Source: Asterionella formosa
Lineage: Eukaryota
Reading direction: 5' to 3'
Assembly: GCA_002256025.1 (NCBI GenBank)
Contig: NKIB01014738.1
Coordinates: 1 to 41,059, forward strand
DNA length: 41,059 bases
Both the position numbers and the translations under genes were made by a program. The notes beneath the pieces are model-generated. The model saw only the letters and a program-made list of their open reading frames with translations, was not told where the DNA came from and did no database searches. Below, in pieces: positions 36,243 to 41,059 of the stretch (positions are counted from its first letter, which is position 1; each line of letters opens with the position of its first letter).

Positions 36243-37043
36243 ATGAAAGTTCCGATGCTATTATTGTTCTCGCTAGTAACTTCTTTGGTTTTTGGGTCAT
36301 CGGCTGTGTCGTTGTCAGAGCGAAGATATTCAACCTCACGTTATCGAGGAAAGTATCTGGACAGTATGATTTCTGCTGAAAGGTTATATGTAGCATATAA
36401 GGAAGTCCAGCGAGAATACCTTGAGCAAAATGAATCCAAGTACTGGAAGATAATGAAAAGCAAAGATGGGGTCGAGATCGCTGTTCTGCAGTCGAAAGAG
36501 GACCCCAACTGCCCGTTTATTCGTATGAGAGCAATGATGCCGGCATCACCTAAGGCGCTATGGCGTTTCATGGGTTTTCGGAACTGGGGAACTTTTATGC
36601 GACTAGTCAACCCTTTCTATGAGGGAATGACAGTACTTCAAGAATTCTGTTATGGTGAAGCCACGCTGACAATAATAAGGAAAAGGTCCACCCGCATCCT
36701 TGGTTTCGGTCGTCGCGATTTTGGATTGGTGAGTGTTCTAGATTTACCACAATCTGACGGAGTCTGGATGAGTGGAACCTTTACGATCATTTCGCCTGGT
36801 ACACTTCCCCAACAACCCGGATTTATCAGAGCCTTTCAAGACATTTTATGCATATTCAAGCCACTACCAGATGGATTGTCTGAAATGACAATAATTCTGC
36901 GAACAGATCTCAATGACTCCTCTGAAGGTGGTTCTGGAGGATTTGTGCCAATGTGGGCTGTTGTGAAGACAATTGGATCAGCTGGCCATCGAGCAATCAG
37001 GGGGCTACAAAATCATGTTAGAGAGCTTCCACGTGAAGACTAG
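36243..37043 (+). CDS. START/SRPBCC lipid-binding domain protein with N-terminal signal peptide
   Basis: 266-aa intronless ORF. Signal peptide MKVPMLLLFSLVTSLVFG. START-like pattern: WKIMKSKDGVEI, IRMRAMMPASPKALW, RRDF, GFIRA, TDL...GGFVPMWAV followed by a C-terminal helix. Confidence 0.75.
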   Translation: MKVPMLLLFSLVTSLVFGSSAVSLSERRYSTSRYRGKYLDSMISAERLYVAYKEVQREYLEQNESKYWKIMKSKDGVEIAVLQSKEDPNCPFIRMRAMMPASPKALWRFMGFRNWGTFMRLVNPFYEGMTVLQEFCYGEATLTIIRKRSTRILGFGRRDFGLVSVLDLPQSDGVWMSGTFTIISPGTLPQQPGFIRAFQDILCIFKPLPDGLSEMTIILRTDLNDSSEGGSGGFVPMWAVVKTIGSAGHRAIRGLQNHVRELPRED

Positions 37044-37141
37044 ATGTTTTTAGTAAACCATAAGAATTCCCGCTTGGATCATGCAGTGGTGGTAGCTGCT
37101 CTCAAACCATGCACTATTTGTCCTCTGTATCCACCACCACC

Positions 37142-37353
37142 AAATCGTTAGCCAACAATTTAAGTTCATAGCAAACTTCCTCCATATTCCAAGGAAATCG
37201 TTAGCCAACAATTTAAGTCCATAGCAAACCTCCTCCATATTCCAAGGAAATCGTTAGCCAACAATTTAAGTCCAAAGCAAACTTCCTCCATATTCCAAGG
37301 AAATCGTTAGCCAACAATTTAAGTCCATAGCAAACTTCCTCCATATTCCAAGG
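37142..37353 (+). repeat. 53-bp minisatellite x4
   Basis: AAATCGTTAGCCAACAATTTAAGT(C/T)CATAGCAAACTTCCTCCATATTCCAAGG at 37142, 37195, 37248 and 37301, with single-base variants and no spacers. Confidence 0.95.
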
Positions 37354-40048
37354 TATCTTGCCATCCAATTCTTTCATTGTGTCACCCACATCACCTCCAT
37401 TGTTTCCAACATCATATCTCAGTAGTCAAAGAAAATACAAACTCATCGAAGGCGTCCCCCATACTCTGATAGCATCAGTTTAAGAGAATTCAACTTCAAC
37501 GGCTTTCCTGTGAGTCGAAAAAGGTTTCTGCCTCCACATGAAGGCCAAGTACACCAACATCTATTCAATCCTCCCCACTGGTCACCCGTAGTCCATTTAC
37601 ACTTCCTGATACATATATTCTTTGGAATAGATGCGAACAACAAGCGCCATTCAAAATGTGTCATCTCTTCCTCAAACACAGCCCCTAATTCCTCATCAAA
37701 CATCCTACCATCCTCTATTTAAATATGATGCTTCTAGTACAAACAGTACTAGCCGATGACACAAGCAAGGTAAATGCCAGGTCCAGGTAATGCGTACATT
37801 TTAAGTTTATGGCTAAATACCTTGCAACATTCTTCCTACATGATACAGAACAACTGTGAGCTACCCCCAGCATGCCACTGCTCCAACATTCAATTCTTAG
37901 GGTCAGTACCTACTTCCTCATGATCTCATGATGGTGAATGATCATCTCGCACTTCCCTTGAGCTCCCCAGAAGTTATAAGCATTCTTCAACCTTCTTATC
38001 TTTTTAGCATACAAGGTACTAAATAAAGGCTGCAAATGATGAATGCGCCATTACTATGACACCATCCATAGTATGCCGGTTTATATGAAGAATATGCTCG
38101 ATGGGGAACTGTTCATACCAGCACAGTGTAGAATCTACGCATGATGTCAGGGCTCAGACTTAACCAGCTGTATAATATTAAAAAAAGATAGTATGTTTTA
38201 TAACTCATTTGTACTCCCCTATTTCTATGCAAGTATTTCATTGTGCTACCTGCCAACAAGACCTGTGCTTCCCTATTTTTGCTAGCAAAGGAGAGTCCCC
38301 AACCACCTTTCGTAAAGGGTGATTGTCTTTCAAATGCCAAATCAACATCCATGCAATCGCCGTTTTTCACTGCTACTGCAATAAGCTTTGTCTGCTTCTC
38401 CACATTGTCCTCCTCTTTCTGCATTGTTCTCTTTCTATCCAATTTCATTTCTATCTTATGTTCTGTCCAACATGGATGATTTGTTCTCTCTTTGCTTGGT
38501 TGGACGCTTGGATAGCGCCTTTCGTCATGGTGAATCAGTCGTTTTTAGTAATTATTAACTATCAGGATCCGGAGGTCCCTGTAGCTTGAATACCACCAAA
38601 TTCTGTGATCAGCGCTATAGTACTATAGTAGTCTTTCGTAAACTCGCCTTTATACTTGGCATAAAAGTGTTAGACTTTCTGGTCCTTGTAAATGATGCAT
38701 GATTGCCCGTAAATATAGATATCAATGTTGAATGGATGTAATAACTATTGAAAATACTTTGTAATAGTGGGTACAATGTGTTTCCAAAGAACAGTAATGT
38801 CTCTTATTTCCTGGACAACAATGTCACAACGTGATTCTTAGCGGTGCAAGGAGGCAGTAACAAGCAAGGAGCAGGCAATGATGTGCGTGATGAAGTGTCA
38901 CAACGAATTGATTTGATTTGTTCAGGAGGAAAAGGATGATAAAAGTTGGACATGACAACATTGTCTAGAATATTCAATTAGATTGATGAATAAACTTGGT
39001 ATCATTGAAGAATCTTCCACGTTGATGACCCTTGGACAATGGAACAATCGAAGAATTCTTGCATGCAATATAAAAGATGTCTTTGGCAGGTTGGCAATCA
39101 ATAAAGATAAACTCCAGCCACCATTCACTGAAGCCAATTATATGCCATGAAAGCTTTCAAGCAATTTGGAATTTTTTTGAAATTTTGAATTCGATCTTGG
39201 TGGAGAAAATGTATGAGCATGATTGTGTGCATGAAAATCTGGTTCCCTCATTAGTTTCAAATTTGGGTTTGGATATCAATGGGTTTTTTGGCTGGAGGAT
39301 GATCTGCTGAGTGACAACGTCTGCAAATAAAAAGTATCATATTTCCATGATGCATCATAGGATTGTGATCATCTGATCATGATATTTCGTTATATCATCT
39401 AATAATTTTGATAAATGCCTTTGTAATTTAAATAGTAACCCTTTTGACTACATATATTTAATTATTATATGTATTGATTCTATTTGATTCCTGTATTCGA
39501 ATTTCTTGGTAGGATAATGTACCAGTTCAATTAATGTAATTTGGCTTGTCATTTCCATCCGTCATCACTCCGATTTTTGCAACAACAACGAAATACTAGC
39601 GATGACAAGCGGAATGAATGTTTGCGATAACGTCTTCAATTTGTTGGTCAAGTGATCATTATATCTTCGAGTAATCGTCATGTGCAGTGAACCTTTGTTC
39701 ATAATCATTCAATTAAGAGTTTACAGGAGAGAAGAAATCATTCGAACTCGTAATGGTTCCGCACACAGCGCACAAAGTATATCCGTTTCGTCCACTTCAA
39801 CATGACAATCTCTCCAATCAACCCGTAAACAAACACATTCTACTTGTTCTCGTTGACATTTTCAATTCTCACATGATACTACATCTACAATTGAGATTCA
39901 GCATAGAAGGAGATACGAAAATGTGCGTAACAGACTGCTGTCCGCATAGCTATAGAATAGTTATAGAATGATTCTGATTAGAATGCATTTCATTTTCATA
40001 TCGCTCGCTCGTTTCTGCATTTGGCATACTGTACTTGAATTAACTATC

Positions 40049-40466
40049 GAACTTGTCCGCATCTTTGATTCCATCAAGAGAGCGAAAGCAAGTGGCTCTT
40101 TTCATTGTTGTTTGCTTGTAGGAAGAATTTGATATCTGTATCGTCATTTGCTTGTTGGAATTGTCCGTTGCCTCAAACCTGCTTGTCGTGTGCGTACACA
40201 CACTGTCGACTTGTTTTCATTGGTATGTTGTTCTTGTATTCACTGTTGAACTTGTCCGCATCTTTGTTAACATCAATAGATCAACAAGTGGGTTTCTTCA
40301 TTGTTATTTGCTCCTGGAAAAGTCGGTGTCCGTGTCATCCTCATCAATAGAGAGACAAGTTCTTTCGCTGGAAAAATTGGTACTCGTGGTATCATTATTC
40401 GCTCGTTCGAACCACTGTCCGTTTCCTCAAACCTGATTAGCTTGTGAGTATCTGCACTGTCGACTT
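40049..40466 (+). repeat. Old, diverged tandem duplication (~165 and ~220 bp copies)
   Basis: Colinear blocks GAACTTGTCCGCATCTTTG, CAAGTGG..TTCATTGTT, TGTCCGTT.CCTCAAACCTG and CACTGTCGACTT occur in 40049-40212 and again in 40248-40466. Confidence 0.75.
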
Positions 40467-41059
40467 TTGTACATTACAGGCGGAGTGACTTCGCTACTAA
40501 ATTGCGTGATATAATAATATACCCCGTAGCACGATGCAGAATACAGTTGCTTCCCAATCATCTCATCATGATTGATAAGATGATAATGTGATATCATGAT
40601 AAGGTTACATCGATGCATACATCACCAAAGTATGATACGTAATAATGAATAAAGTACATCACATAGCTATGATGCAGCGATCATAGAACTGTGATGATTT
40701 TTTAAAATGTATATGATATAATTTTGATCAAAATATGATTATGTAAAAATAGTACAATGACAATAAAGTACGATAAAAATATGTACGCAAGTGTTACCAA
40801 GACATCATAGAATATAAATCAAGCAATCATAAAGTATGTTAATTAATATATATGTTTGTCATTTAATGTATACAGTTAAAGTCAACACTTAATATGATAG
40901 TATTATACAGTGGATAGGATCTAAGTATACGGATGCGTTGATATGTACATCACTATAATATGATTTGTGATATGGATTGATGCATATCACATACCGGTAT
41001 CCTCAACAACCAGCCATCACGTTCATTGTCGTGTCGTCTTTCCTTGTTTTAGCTATATA

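Noticed and set aside
37142..37353. CRISPR-like regular repeats (also 35486-35573)
   Set aside because: Units are head-to-tail with no unique spacers, there are no cas genes, and the context is eukaryotic; these are minisatellites.
37400..38480. Coding-like minus-strand fragments (e.g. GIYLACVIG..IEDGRMFDEE and the 111-aa ORF 38113-38448)
   Set aside because: Multiple stops and no confidently recognised family; treated as unclassified decayed sequence.

Overview
This is eukaryotic nuclear DNA, most likely from a diatom or other ochrophyte. The evidence is short GT-AG introns, a plastid FtsZ with a bipartite signal peptide + Phe-starting transit peptide, and a Copia element resembling diatom CoDi elements. 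Six credible protein genes sit as islands in AT-rich, largely transposon-derived DNA: (1) a 5-exon, ~1450-aa metallo-beta-lactamase-fold + 2x cyclic-nucleotide-binding-like protein with the architecture of Dictyostelium PdeD/PdeE (3600-8274, -); (2) ATG8 (3 exons, 13650-14413, +); (3) plastid FtsZ (15311-16618, -); (4) a membrane-anchored GH53 beta-1,4-galactanase-like protein (22618-23886, -); (5) a two-domain CDC48/AFG2-like AAA protein lacking both Walker B glutamates (27399-29678, +); (6) a signal-peptide START-domain protein (36243-37043, +). Between them are a decayed Ty1/Copia element, a PIF/Harbinger transposase fragment, MITE-like inverted-repeat elements, several short tandem duplications, and recurring GGTACC/ACCGGT palindrome clusters that tend to lie upstream of genes. 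No rRNA, tRNA or CRISPR array was recognised. I cannot claim a complete new system. The best leads are the PdeD/E-like enzyme with degenerate nucleotide pockets, the pseudo-ATPase-like AAA, the anchored GH53 with altered subsite residues, and the GGTACC arrays. All splice sites and alignments were read by eye; no database searches were run.
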